This document shows positions 39,215-53,780 of a stretch of 64,000 bases of DNA, piece after piece (the stretch's first letter is position 1; each line of letters begins with the position of its first letter). A program made the translations under genes and the position numbers. The DNA is taken from assembly GCF_036321535.1 (NCBI RefSeq), contig NC_087437.1, forward strand, positions 90,026,001-90,090,000, written 5' to 3'. The notes under the pieces are model-generated. The model was not told the DNA's origin. It saw only the letters and a list, made by a program, of their open reading frames with translations, and did not search any database. Source of the DNA: Camelus dromedarius. Its lineage: Eukaryota.

Positions 39215-40909
39215 CTGAAAGAAGAAAGTTTCACTTTGATTGTTATCTTGTGCTGACAGAAATCCTAGCACAAGAATTTAAATACACTTGAATCAAACTG
39301 ACATTGTGCTAAGGGATATTAAATCTTTCCCCCCTAAAATCTCAGTGGTAATTCTCTTATTATAGAGCAAAACCTTCTTACCCCCTACCTCCCATGTTTA
39401 TGGGTGGAAATCACAAAAACTTTACCAAGTTGGAAACAAATAAAAGTGCCCTTTCTGACTTGTTAATGAAATGGTTCCAACATTTTTATTCACCATCTTA
39501 ATAGTCATGCTGTTAGGAGATTATATCCAACTAAGAAAGTTGTTCATTTAAATAAGAATATATTCACTCTTGCAGAATTCACAGAAGAGGCTTAAGCAGT
39601 ATGAATAAAAGAAGAATTTACTTGTCTGTCAATATGGGAGTACCTAACTAGATCACTGGTGATAAATTAACCACTTAAGTATGTACTTTGAGTTATTTTG
39701 ATCACACATATAAATACTAAACACTGTGGCTTGATTCTACGTCAAACACAAAACATAAAAATATAACATAACCATTATATACATATATGCTATATATATT
39801 ATGAGACATTAAAAATATTGTTTATATATTTAAAATTTGCAAAGAAAGAGTAAACTGAGAAAAAAAAACATAGCTACATTTATTTCTATTTTGCTACCTC
39901 CTCTTGTATGCAAATACAGGCCTTAGAGCTTAAGATGAAAGATGAATCAAGTTCAGACTCCAATTGTACTGAGCAAGAAAAGTACACTTATACTTTATGA
40001 GGAAAAAATGTATTCCTACCACAAATAAAGGAGAGCACTGTTGATATAAATACTTTGAGAAAAAATAAAAATACAACAATACAAGCGACATTAGACTTCT
40101 TTGCTTTTTAAAAAAATATATTCATGTGTCCTAAAAAGCTGCTACTGTATATCTTGTCCATCATATAACTGAGGATATGAAGTGAACAACGTATAGTAAA
40201 TTGCCTATATCATTATCCTTCTCTCCAAAGACAGAACGACTTGGTCATGAGTTTCTGCACCGGATGCAGTATACATTACATGATGTGGAGGACTGGGTAA
40301 AAAATAATGTAATTAAATTTTCTTTTTGACAAATGCAATGAAAGTTGGAAAGATCCAGTGGTAGAAACAATGACCAAAATAACTTTATCTATTAATCTTA
40401 GCAGTTTGGTTGCCTCTACTATCAAAGTGGTAAAATTACTTTTCGCTGAAATCCATGAACTCATATTAGGACTATCTTTGAATGCTTTACTTTCTATGCA
40501 GAGTTTTTAAATTATAATAAAATATATAAATATTCTCTAAAATGATGTACCTCCAAACCAAAAAGTTACATAATAAACCGAAAATAGCAAGACTCCAAAT
40601 CAAGTAACTCGACAACTTAATCATTGTTTACATCCTAAATTTAACTGTACTTTGATCAGAAATTTGAGAATTTGAAGTAAAAGAAATCATTTTTTAACCA
40701 AAGTTTAGGAGTCAAGATTGACAGTAAAGTGTGCTTTAGTAAGTTACTCCCTAATACTGTGCCACTCAGATTGGAAATTAGGACAGATCTACCATAGAGA
40801 GAGCCTTGACAAGTATGAGCCTTAGACTGAAGTATAATTTAGAAACTCAGCATTTCAGATAAATGACATCAGAGGTCAATCTAAGGGGAAAGCTGTGGTG
40901 AGGATACAT

Positions 40910-41150
40910 TGAGGTGTGAGGAAATTACACGGATTTGTAGAGCAGACAAATTTGGATTTGAATACCTGCTCCAGTACTATCTTGCTATGTGACCTAAGGG
41001 AAGTTATTTCACCTCTTTGGGTCTATTATTTCTCTCATCTGTAAAATCAGAAAGAGCCAATATCACCTTAGAAAGACTGTTGTCAGGATTTGATGTAATA
41101 ACATTATATGGAGCAGTTAATAGAGGATGGCATGTCATAGCAGTTCAGTT
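40910..41150 (+). mobile_element. MIR SINE
   Basis: tggatttgaata...gctatgtgacct...ctcatctgtaaaat. Confidence 0.8.
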
Positions 41151-44100
41151 CCCCTGTATCACTCCACTTACATGAAACTTCTCTTGATGCTTGGACTCTA
41201 GATGGGAGTTTCCCCAACCAATAGCTACCTTTTCACAGTGCAATAGTTAAAATACTTCATATTTTATATATGTGGTCCAAGAAGTAAGCGATAAATGCCT
41301 ATGAAAAACATGGCATAAGGCTGAGCACACTGCAAGTGTGTAATAACTTCAATAACAACAATACACTATGTCCTACTGCCAATGTCCCCTTGGCCATGTC
41401 CAATGGCTCCTTTTTATCCATCTCCTGCCTCCCCTCCACCCTGCTTCTTTAGCTTTACAATTCACCAGAATTCAATGAAGTCTCAAGACATTAGGTCAAG
41501 GAAAGAGTTCCATTTCAATAAAACATTATACAGCTTATCCCTTATTAAACTTGTTTCTGCAATAATCAAATTCCCTAGGTTGCTTCCTACCCTAGGAAAT
41601 GGTAAGTTTCCATTTTTTGTTTGTTTCATTTTCTGGTCAACTCTTCCAACCAATTGTGAAGGTGAAATGAAGAGCCAAATCTCACTGCCACTTAATCGAA
41701 CAAAACTTTATCACTCAAAGCACCTTGTTCAATCACTATATTACCACATTCATATTTTCAGACATATTATAGATGTATACAATGACTCAGATTTAAAAAT
41801 AAAATCACTGATAACAAGGACTCAATTCTCTTATAAGGTAAGCCAAAAGTGTTTCATGTTCCATAACACATCACTGTTGTTGTTGAATAATCTCAATTTT
41901 CAACATCATTACGAATATTTCACATTTAGTAAATAGATTTCAAAACAGAAAACTTTGTATTAACATTTGCCTTTAGACTGTTATATATAACATGCTGTGG
42001 AAAAGCCTTATCAAATTCATGAAAAGAGGTTTATAAAAAACTAATTTATGAAAGGTCTCCATGGTCAGGAAATGATTCTAAACTAATCATACTATCTACA
42101 GCTTTCATTTCAAATTGTTATATAATTAAAGAAGATATTAAAGCCTTATTAGAAAGCCCATATTATGGTTCAATTTAATATTTCACAATAACTCTTATTT
42201 TGAATTATGGTAGCCCATTAATAGTTTTCCAACTATGTTTTTAAAATAAATAAAACCTTAAAATAGCTAAGAATTTTAATACTTTGCTAGTTAACTGGAG
42301 TGATTTAGGGGATAGAGCCAGATGGAGCTGCTATTAAATTATTCAGGGGTCAAGACTATCTGACTGGTTCATTGTACACATAGCCCAGGGTTCCTTCATC
42401 ATCCTTGCAGAAGGCAAGAGGATGGTCCAGTACAGTATCTAGATAACCCAGAAGATATCATTAAAAGAATTGTTAGAGAAAGATAAATGCTTCAGAAAAT
42501 GTTGACCTCAATCATTCTAGCTCACTCTACTCTTTTATCATCGTAACACTTAACACTGTACATCACCTTGTTCCTTAGTTTTTTCTTCTAAATGTAAGCT
42601 CCATGAGAACACAGAAAATAATATATACATGGGAAGAGGATCTAATCTACTCTTCTATAATCTATAAAAGGTGCTATATAAACTCTAAACTACCTTTACA
42701 GTTCAGAGTATTTAGAACCACTACTAAAAATTTTAACACATTCTTTTTTTTTTTTTTCTTATATTCACCTTCTGCTTAAATCTCTCCCTTCTTTGGATAT
42801 ATAAGGATGTTGACAAGCCAGGTGTTAAAGTAAAGGACTATTAATAGAGAATTTCCTATAAATAACTAATACTAGTATTTTTTTTTAAAAAAAAGGATGA
42901 GATCACTTAACCATTGAAAAGCGAACTTTTAACGTTTTTTCAGTCAGTAAGAGTAAGAGAAAAGAAACAGATGACTTTTTGACCGTATGGTATTCTTGCC
43001 TCTTGAAGTTTGGAAAACATATACCTAATGGTTATGTCTTCAGGCAAAATTTTAACTAATCACGCTACTAATCTGCTGCCCAATGTTAACATGCTGCAAA
43101 TCATATGAGCTGAAAATAGAATGTCATCAAAGAGGTTTCCTATACGGTCATGATGAATACTGAAATAGAGAGGAAATGATTATCTTTCAGGAATGTTTTA
43201 ATTGCCCCCATAATAGATGGGTGGGTGAATGTGTCCAAAATCTTTGCTTTCACAAAAGTATATCCAAACTCCCGAGGTTTTACTGTCATGTTCATAGATA
43301 GGTGAGTAGATGGACAGACAGATGGACAAAACTAGCATAGTGTACTTTTTAAGGATACAGTTTTAAAGTAGATTCTGCTCCTGAGTCTCTAAATTATTTT
43401 GCAAGCTAAGTATTAAGAATAACAGTTTACTCTGTGCATGGCAATTGATTATTAAAAATGAAGGGATAGATTTTAACAGGTTGAGTAGTTTGCACAATCT
43501 GCTTTTCTCAGCTCTGTAGCGCACTGGTAAATCGTCGATCTTGCACTGCAATAGATAACGTGTATGCAACATGAAAAAATCTCAAAGAGTGAACAAGAAG
43601 CAAAACAAGCTGAGTTTATTCATCTACCCTCTTCAATTTGACATTTCTATACTATTCCCTGAAAACTTTATTTTTTTAATATTACTTTTTAAGTGAAGAA
43701 ATATTTTCTTCAATATGTATATTATTAAAAAGAGATGGAGGAGAAAATTCTTAAGCATATACAAATAGCTTAATACTGAAAAATGTTTACATGTAATTGT
43801 AAGGCTAGAATAAAAGTTCAAATTGTTCTACTTGTCTCTTCCCCATTTTATTAAGTTTTATGAAGAAGCTCACTCTTTATAACAGTTCTCAAAACTTTGT
43901 GCATCAACATACTGATACAACCTTACCCAACAGATGCAATTTATTTTTCAGTATGTCAGGTCTTCTGAGGCAAATCTCTTTTTGAAAAAAACAGACATCT
44001 CAATAGATTGGTGAATCATCTGAGGCAGTGTATAATTAGATTGAAATAAAGACAACCCGCAGACAATTTTCCTTCAATGATTCATTATTCTGTCTTACTT

Positions 44101-45324
44101 AGATGATAGGCAGGAACTCAGTTTTCTGTTATTTTTTTTCCTTTCTAAGTACCTGTGTACAATGAATGTAACAGACATTCCAATCTGAATATTTTGAATA
44201 TTTCTAGCTCTGCAAAATAATAAATGCTTTCAACTGATTTTAATCAAAATAATGAAATAATAATAATAATCCATTTAGAAAATTAAAACAACTAGAAACA
44301 GTGCCTGGTCCTTAAAATTTCTTTCATATATTTAAATTTCCATTAATTTTAGAAGTTAAATTTTTTTTAAAATCTGAGCAGTTTAAATAATTAAATAAGC
44401 ATATTCTTTTGCTACAAAAATATTCATAATTAGGTAGGTCTGTATTTACAGATTGACATAGTCCTTAGACTCCAATGCATTATTACATAAAATCCATGAC
44501 AGCTTAGCAAAAACTAGTACCTATTTAGACATATAATAAATGATTACATTGTAAGAATATAACCAAATCAGATAAATGTAGACGCTATGTGGGTCCTCAA
44601 AACAAAGGAGGAAAGAGAAAAGATGGAAGTCTTTAAAATCTCTTCTCATTACAATGATTATTTATAATTCAAGATTATTGCAAGAACTGAAAAACATATT
44701 GTTCAATATAAAATTTAGCATAATACAATATACCAATTGGTAAAATTAACAGAGCTGAAAAGAATAGATTACTGGCCAGGTCCACACTAGCCAAAAGCCC
44801 GGCAATGCCCAAGCACACATCTGTTTCTTCGTACTGCAATCAGATTAATTGAAGCAAACCTCAATTAAAAAGGTCTGAATACCTAAATTCAACTTTCTCT
44901 GAGTTCTATACTTACTATTCCAGTATTAAAATCATCTGAAAATAACCTGTACGTTTGCCTAACTCTTACACTGCCAAATAAACACCTGAAAATCAAACCC
45001 GCAGGAGGGTAAAAACACCCTACGTATTTACCAGAACCTCCCTGGCTTTCTCTTTGTTACTCTTCCCAAAAAAATTTATTTTCTCAGTATCAAGCTAGAT
45101 TGGAGAGTTTTGTAGGTGTGTGCCTGCCAGGTGTAACTGTTATGTCGCCTGGAGCTACACCTGTGAAATCGTTCCTTGAGCTGCAAAGACGTTGAGTCTG
45201 CAGCTTAGAAAGATTATCAACGCATGGAGCTTCTCTCCTGGCCAGGAAGCAGGTTAACATTTACAGGCCTGGCCCATGTCGACTAAGTCGTTTTTAAGAT
45301 ACAAATAATTTATAACATAGAGTC

Positions 45325-45405
45325 CTTCAAACTTGCCAGCTGTGTGAAGTGCTTTACATAGACCCACTCTTCAAATCTGCACAACAGCCCTCTAAGTGGA
45401 TATCA
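45325..45405 (-). mobile_element. MIR fragment
   Basis: aagtgctttacata...aaatctgcacaacagccct. Confidence 0.5.
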
Positions 45406-45697
45406 GCTCACACACACCCACACAAACACACATTTTAAATGCCAGGCTGTCGCTATTATATAAATTATACTCTAGATCCTGATACTTCCTCTTTGAAGGT
45501 GCAAGTTTCCAACTTGAAATATGAAGTAAATATTTGAAATATTCATAGGACTACTTTAATCATCCAATGAAGTGACGTGATTGACAACCTGTGTGCCAAA
45601 ACCGCTGGGCCATGGCGCCCAGATATTTGGTCAAACATTATTCTCAAAGCTTTCTGTTAAGGTGTTTTTCTGAGTAAGTTCAACATTTAAACTGGTG

Positions 45698-45773
45698 GAC
45701 TGTGAGTAAAAGAGATGACCCCCAGCAATGTGGACGACTATGAGTAAAAGGGATGACCCCCAGTAATGCGGAC
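45698..45773. repeat. 38-bp tandem duplication, 4 mismatches
   Basis: gactgtgagtaaaagagatgacccccagcaatgtggac / gactatgagtaaaagggatgacccccagtaatgcggac. Confidence 0.95.
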
Positions 45774-45973
45774 GGGCCTCGTTAAAAAACAAACAGTTGA
45801 AGGCCTTAACAGAGCAAAGACTGACCTCCTGTGAGCAAGACGAACTTCTACCAGCAAACAGCTTTCAGACTTCAGCTGCCGCTCTTTCCTGAGTTTCCAG
45901 CCTCCCAGCTGACCAAGCTGAATCTGAATTTACCAAACTTCTGCAATCTCACGTAGAAATAACTTTAAATACA

Positions 45974-46260
45974 CCCCCGCCCTTCCCTCTCCACTCTTTC
46001 TCCGCTTTCTCAATCCACTGTTCCCGGAAGCAACGTAATCTCGCGGTACCTCAGGCGTTCTCGCGGGGCGGCGCGGGAATCCTGGGATGAGACACACCTG
46101 GTGCCCAGCTCTCCGGCGCCTCCAATTCCAGACACCTTGCTACGGAGTTTAGCTCAAGCAAACCCTAATTCTCATCAGCGCCCTGCCCCCACCCCACCTC
46201 GCCCTGCCTCTCTTTACGTAATTACTGTTTCTCCCGTTTCTCTGAAGAATTCCGACTAAT
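45974..46260. promoter_or_regulatory. Small CpG-rich, promoter-like patch
   Basis: About 20 CpG in ~285 bp. GC box CCCCGCCC 45975-45982, ETS CCGGAAG 46024-46030, TCTCGCGG at 46039 and 46059, E2F-like GCGCGGGAA 46071-46079. Confidence 0.55.
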
Positions 46261-47994
46261 ATGGATAAAGGTATAAAAATAACTTTGAATATTATGTGTT
46301 ATCACTCAAGTTTTCATTACTTTCATTAGTGAAAACTCTCCTGATCTTTGCAACGATACTTAAGGAATGCAAGGAGCGAATTATATTTAATGTTATTTCA
46401 TAAGTAAGAGAACTGTAGCTAAAAGAGGTTGGACAAAATGTTTGAGAGCTCCAGTTTCGAGGCATTGCTGGATCAGAACTCAGAGTTTGTGACTGCTTGA
46501 TAATGGTCTTTCTTTCTTGGCCTCCGTAATCCATTATTCGCCCTAGTCGTTGGTCCTCTGCCACTTTTCCGTTTCAGTTCTTTAACAGAAATGGAATCTC
46601 ACTAGCTGTCTCCATTCAACATAATTCCGGTGACTCTTACTTGGCAAATAAAAGAAAACTGGGGGTAGAGCTGGAAATATGTGATGCTTTATATTTTTAT
46701 TTCTTCTCTTCCTCCCTGGTTTGAAACAAAACAAAACTCATACAGTTAAAACTTATTTAAACTTGGCCTTAACCAAAAATATCAGAGAAATTTGAATGTG
46801 TATTCACACAAATTATGAAAACTAGCAGCATATCCTCTCCACTAACTTACCCACTCTCCTTATTTTACAATTTGGGAACATCTTCACAAAATGAATTATA
46901 ACACAAGGTTAAGTCTTGAAATAGAAATTGCTTCCTCCACATTTAATTGAAATTATATGGGAATTCTAACTCTAAGAAATGTCAACCTGGCTTAAGTGGC
47001 CTAAAAGTAACAAAGAAAATAAAATCTGTCTCTCCATATTTTAAACTATTCGATTACTCTTATAGTCTAGAAGCAAGATGATTAAACCCTGATGCAAAGG
47101 AAAGATAAAGAGTATGTGTGACTCAGTGGCTCTCAAACATCTCCATCATCAGGACCTCATGTAAACCCCTGTTTAGGCTAAATGGTTGCCTGAAAAAGAT
47201 GCAGGAGTTTGTACCTATATTTTTAAGCAATGCTCACCCTTCAAGGAGCTGGAAAATTTGGCAAAATATCAACAGAGTTTTTCAGGAAACAACCTTCAGT
47301 CCCTCATTAAATATCCTCAATTATTTTAAATTTTTTTTAAAAATTAAAAATTTTTGAAGAGTATTTTCTAGGCTCTGAGATCAAAATGTTTTTTTACATA
47401 CTTTTTACGTTTTACTCCCTCCTCAAGCCCTGTAAAAAAGGTAAATAATGTTCAAAAAAAGCATATATAATCAAGGGAAATAGAAGAGAGAAATGAGGGA
47501 AGAAGAGGAGAGAAGGAGAGATATTTGTAAGCTGAAAAACAGAGGAACAAATAGGTATGTTGCCTATCAGATGTTTGGAAGAAACAGAATCCTAAACTAG
47601 TAGTTTGTAAAGTTGAAAACCAAATTGATTTACACAGCAAAATATCCCCCAAACTTCGGCATCTTCACCATTACAAATGGAAGTGGGAATGCAACGGGTT
47701 TATTGTCTGTTCAGGACACCAACAAATGCCCCCCTCCCGTTTCGCCCATGTAAAAACTGGTGGGCTTTACTCTGGAAAAGTGAACATGAGAGGTCCTGAA
47801 CTGAGACAAGGTGTAGGACTGAGTAGAATACTGCAATACATACATATCATAGATGCTGAAACTGAATTTCGACCTGCTATGTGGTCTCCAATTTCTTTTT
47901 TTATTTTTCATTTGATTGTGGGGAGATGATCCAACTATGAAAAATAGATCAGGAAAGTGAACTAATGCACACATTAGTTAGCTTTGCTGGCCTA

Positions 47995-48229
47995 AAAACA
48001 ATACTCTAAGTGCCCACCATTTGCCAGGCACTGTTCCAAGAACTTAATCTACATCAATTCATTTCATCAGGACAACCCAATGAGGCACACAGATTATTAT
48101 TTTTATCTTTTAGATGAGAAATTTTGGTCACAAGGATGTAAGAGTTTGTCCAAGTGGTAGAAGCTCAGATTTCTATCCAGGAAGTTTGGATCCACAGCTT
48201 CTACACTTAAGAACTACCCTTCACTGCCT
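47995..48229 (-). mobile_element. MIR SINE
   Basis: tgccaggcactgttccaag...acaacccaatgagg...tttagatgagaaa. Confidence 0.8.
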
Positions 48230-50074
48230 AGTAGGAAAGAATACGTACTCCAAAATTGAACCAGAGAAAAAAAATGATAGGAAAGAGAAAGTCTGTAATC
48301 TTCCCCAAGGAGTTATCAGTGACTTAAAGATCTAGAACTGTCTCCAGAAGGTGACTAACTACAAGATAAAATTTTATTCACCAAAAAAAAGTTTGGTCCT
48401 TATAGGAAAAACTGGAATTAGATTAAAATAATTCTACACTGGTGAAAAAAAAAAGCTTATTTGTACTCCTTTTCCACATAAAATCTTGTCAAATAATATT
48501 ATTTGAACCACTTTAAAATATATGATGATACTGATTGCAGCATGTTTAATTTTCCAAAGTATTTTCCATATTATTTTTTATCATAGTCTACATTGCTCTG
48601 TTTGTTAACAAAATTATATTAATATCTTCATCCCCACAGCATGATCTACCTTTCATCATCTTTGCCATCACTAAAAGCTCATCCAAATCACAAAAAAAGG
48701 GGACTTAGAAAAAAATCAACCCTCTCTAATGCATAAAATGATGAAAAAATTCAAAGATGCTAATTAGCATTCTAGAAGCATATCAGCTTTCCTTGCCAAT
48801 TTCATTGAATTTTTATGTCTTAAAATTATTTCTCATAGTAACAGTATTTTTCTTACCTTGGTTTTGTGTAATAGTAATAACTTTGAATGTTACACTTGAA
48901 TGTTACATGTTGTATTAACAAAAAATAATTTTTCCATAGTGATAAAATGATCTGTAAATATGACTTGTCTCATAAATCCTATAGTCTTTTAGATAATATT
49001 AAGTCATATTTACCTTGGTCAGTTATAGTTTTGAATTCTGAAATCATAAATTTTGATTCTGAAATCAGTACTTCTTATAAAATATTGTAATTTAAAATGC
49101 TGGTAATGGGAGAATTATGCAAATAGATCCGTTTCTCAATTTTCTAATGTGTATTTTCAAATTTTATTAGCATGAAATAGTCACAAAATTATTTGCATGG
49201 GATCAAATATACTCTTGGACTCTAAAATCAGTTTAAATTCCAATACAAAAGTGCTTTACCACTTCATTTCGAAGTTAAGTGATGAAGTTGCCATTCTTTG
49301 CCAACCATGGTTCAAGACTTTCTCTATTTGCACCCAACAATTTAGGATTGAGAATTAAAAATTGGGTAAATCTGATTAACTGAAGATCTGTTGTCACTTG
49401 CTTTTCAAATATGAACATGTTTCCTTGATACATACATGGAGGAATTTCCAAAGCATAGAGCTATTTTGAGTAGCTTCCAGAAACATCTCTTTGTAACACC
49501 TTCTTAACTGTGATTTCCTAATCACTATGCAGAAGATTTCACTGCCTAATTAAAGGACTGGTGCAGTGATGAAGATAAAGAATACAGAGCAGGGCTGCAA
49601 GCTAATCTACAAGCAAAACACAGGAGCTACTTGTCAACAGTAAGGGCATATTTTATCGACAGCTGTGTCCAATAAGAATGAGTTATGTGGTAAATATTTA
49701 ATATTAATGTATTTCTGCCATGATTGTTACTGCCTTCATTATCTCTCACTGTGCTCAGTAAAATAATTAATACAGTCATTTATTGAAACTCCATTTTAAA
49801 TGGCAGAATTTTAAAGAATAATATTCATTTTCAATGGAAATCTAACCCTCATTATAATAACTGACAATATATAAATCCAATGAAATAAATAATCAAGTTA
49901 ACTGTTCAGTTTATTAAGAAGATTCTGTTTTGATTGTACGAAATAGATACAGTATTAATTACACATATATGAAAGAAAGATAGTATGCATAATTGCCATC
50001 ACTGTTTTATAAGAAACTAGTAACTCAATATGCAATGGGAAATTTAGCAGTAATTTACAAAGGGAATTTATGTA

Positions 50075-50285
50075 TTGTGACAGAAAGGCCCAAACTTTAA
50101 AGTCAGATGCTCTACCAACTGATAGCTCAGTAGAATTATCAAATACCTTAATCTATCTGAGACTTAATTTCCCCATCTTTTAGAAAAGAGAGGGAAGTAT
50201 TAATACTATGTACCATGTGGAGGTTTTGTGAGCATAAATAAGATGTATATAAAACACATGGGGCATGCCAGGCTTTTAGTAAGTA
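50075..50285 (+). mobile_element. MIR SINE
   Basis: aagtcaga...ccttaatctatctgagacttaatttccccatct...gttttgtgagcataaataagat. Confidence 0.7.
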
Positions 50286-51416
50286 TTTCTCCCCCAACAT
50301 AGATAACATGACATCAGCTCAAAATTGCACAAGCCAAAAAAAAAAAAAAAAAAAAAGAACAATGAACATTTTAAATGTAATCACTGAAGATTATTATTTA
50401 AAAGATTTCATATTTAGATTTATAATTTCAATAACTATATATCATATTTTCTAATGTGACCCAATTTTTGTGAATGTTGGTGGAAATGTCACAATAAATT
50501 AGATACAGGAACACAGAGTAGATTTGTATATATCTACATCTGCATTCATGTCTATATTTCTATGTCTTTGTATCTTTGTAGATATCAGTATCTATATTTA
50601 CATTTCTGTGTATTCCATCTATCTATAAACATATCTGTATATAAAAATCTAAATCTTACACATTTTCTTCAGGACAAGTGAGAATAGTTAAGAAAATGTT
50701 CTGTGTAATTTAAAAAGAAAATGTTTTAGCAAGCAACTAAATGAACAAAATAGACAAATAATTGAGAAATGAAAAACATATAGTAAATATTAAGTTAAAA
50801 AGAATTTTTGAGTTGTAGTGGAAGACTGTGGTATAAAAATACATCATTAAAAATAAATCATTCCATTAAACTATGTCACCAGAAATAAGAAAAGTCTGGA
50901 TTACTTTAAAATAATTGAAGCTTCCATCATCAAGTTCTATACAGTCTGTTAAAGAATCCTCTTATGTTTGCCTAGAGATTGAAGGCTACACTTAAATTTG
51001 GATTTTATTAGATCCCTAAGGTAGAGAAAATGTATGAAGAATAAAATGACCTGGTGTATTAGGATTAGGAGTTTCTTCATTTATGTACAAACTGATATTA
51101 ATCTTAAGTGAAGATATTACAGAGACTTGTTTTTAATAAAAATACTGCTTTATAATTCTAATGTTTAATGTCTAATGTCTAATTAGTTCCATTTTGCCTC
51201 TGTCAGAAACAAACTTTCACAATAAAAGCATAAAGACACTAAAACTATAACCAGGAAAGAAAATGACAGTAGATTATCCTTAAATCAACTGTGGTAATTT
51301 TCATGTTCCTTTGTTTACCAAAAGATACATACTCTTAGAGAAATGTAACTTTAAAAAATTCAAACACCCTGATGATTTGAGTAGGTTGATACCTCATGTT
51401 CTGTCTTTTATTTTGG

Positions 51417-51880
51417 GTGTTTGGCACAGATTGGCCACCTAAATTTGGTTTTCTGTCTCTCCTTAGCAATATATTGGTAGCAGGGCAGATGGCTGCCGGT
51501 TTCCTTTGAAGTTAGGTATAATTAAGCTTTTGTTGATAGAATTAAGCAGAAGTGAAGTATATTGCTTCTGAATCTGGGACTTCACACTTTGATCTCGTTT
51601 CCTTCCTAACTTTTTTTCTACTTCATAGAAGCTGGAACAATGGTTTCATCCAAATGGGACCACATGGACAAGAAGTCAGCATTCTATAATATGGCAGAGG
51701 GACAAGATTGACCAAACCTGCATCCCTGAGTGATTATATGAAACTGAGACTCCTGACAGCCTGGAACACTCCCTTGCTTTAAGGCTACTGCATAAGAGAG
51801 CCATAAAAAAACTATGTATTTAAATTAGTCTATTTTGAAATGTCCATTAGAGCAGCTTTAGCCTCTGCCCTAAGTGATAA
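51417..51880 (+). mobile_element. MLT1 (I/J/K-like) MaLR solo LTR
   Basis: gcagaagtga, atggcagag..acaagat, cctgcatccctgagtga, terminal agcagctttagcctctgccctaagtgata. Confidence 0.7.
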
Positions 51881-53029
51881 AGGTAACCACTAAATATCAC
51901 ATCAAATAAAAATACCATGAATAAAACAACAAATCTGCAGCATGCAGCTGTGGAATTTTCGTGTATTTTAAAGTTGTTTTTAATGTATCACAAAACAAGT
52001 GATATCATTTCAAATTAACTGATATGACATGTTAAACATTGGATTTTTTCAAGGATGAAGGATACTCAGTGCAATTTTGAGAGATAAGTGAAGGAGCTAG
52101 AAATAAAGAAATCGTCTTTTATTTTACATCGTTTATTTCTGACTTTCTCACACCAGTTTTTGTGCTTATGCCACTCCAGTCATCTTCTCATTTGAAATCT
52201 AGTAACACACTCATGATATCATCAAACCCTGAATTTTAAAATACAAATAACCTTGGAAAACATTTGTTTGACTATCTACAATTAGTTGCAAAATTTTTCC
52301 TTTACAATCTTTTCAGAAAATCATCATAGTCACTCTTGGAACATTTCCAGAAGAAAAATCACCAATACATTTTTCCCATTTTAAACTACTAAATTCTCAC
52401 AAACTTTTTCTAAATTCAACTTTGAAAAAACTCCATGTGACTCCTTCCTCTATTTCTCTTTTATTTCCTTTTTCTTTTGAATCACAAATTCCACTTACAT
52501 TTCAGCATATGGTTTAATTTTTTTTTTAAGTTTTTTGAAATTATCCCAACATCCTCCTTTTTTACCTTTATTCCTAGGTCATAATTATTCCACACCAAGT
52601 GGTCCTGCCTTGTTAACTCATATGAATTTCTGCATCACCACTTTATAATGTACAAGGTTTTTTTTGCATTGTTATTTGATTGTGTGAAAATGCAAATATA
52701 TTTTATATCCATAAAAAGTTTGTGAGTTCTTTGAAGGCAGTGTTAAATAATGATATGTCTCATTTTTTCTAAGATTCTGAAATCTAAACCTATTAAATCC
52801 TTCCATTTTATCCAGGGTGTAATTCAAATAGGCAGTTTGAATATAAATAGACCTTATTAAATCCAGTAGAAATTTGAAGTAAGTCACTTTCTGGTACTAA
52901 GGATGGAATGGTCCAGCTGAATTCCTCTTCTGATTTTCTCTAACACCACCTCCCTTGCCAAAAATGTTCTTTGCCTGGCTCATCGTGTTCTATTACTCAA
53001 GGAACAATGATCAACAAACAGATCGAAGT

Positions 53030-53125
53030 ACCCATTTGTCCATTCTAATAATAGTTTTTGATCACCTTCTACATGTCAGACACAGTTCTAGGCATTTGTA
53101 ATACATTTGTGGATAAACAGACCAG
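53030..53125 (-). mobile_element. L2 3' end fragment
   Basis: caccttctacatgtcagacacagttctaggcat. Confidence 0.6.
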
Positions 53126-53780
53126 GTAAACTTCTGGATTTTAAATACTGTAGTCAATTCTAGCCTAACTGAAAAGATGAGACTTTGGTTCAGGTTTTCT
53201 TCCTTTAAATTTTACTAGTGATATTGCATGGTACACCATATCTTCTCTCCCATTGTAAATTTCACTCTTACCTTGAGTCACTACCCACTTGCTATCTTTT
53301 CTTAACTGAAGTTGAATTCTTTCTTCTTTTCTCTCGCTTCCAAAGTTTCTACAGTACTGCGCATTCCTGCCTGATTCCCAAGAAATACTCTAAAGATCGT
53401 ACGTGATGCTGTTTGATGGAACCTAGTTCTAATCACTTCTATTATTTGAATTAAACTTTTGGGTCTCCTTAGATGCCGTTCCTGCATGGCACACCTGCCC
53501 ACTCAGGACTAGTCTTTTCTGTTACTTCTCCATATTCTTTACAATACTGAGCAGCTTCCTGTTGACTCCAGTTCAATCACATTTCTAACAGACAGCATGT
53601 CACCAAGGTACCATCATGTATAACATTTGAATTTAAATTATTACACTACTTTAACCCACTCCCACCACTAATTTTATCACACTGTTTTATAGTATAAGCT
53701 AAATAGGTATCTGTAAAAATGATTTTACTTTTACTCCTCCCACTCCCATATCAAAAACTTAATCCATGTTTAACAGAAGC

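Larger units (their letters stand above)
45577..46262 (+). mobile_element. MLT2D-like ERVL LTR with internal 38-bp duplication and a GC-rich insert
   Basis: ggccatggcgcccagatatttggtcaaacattattct...cagttgaaggccttaa...aaagactgacctcc...gtttctctgaagaa..ccgactaata. Confidence 0.88.

Noticed and set aside
41382..41936. 184-aa ORF, the longest non-L1 ORF
   Set aside because: No recognisable domain or splice context; residue composition fits AT-rich non-coding DNA.
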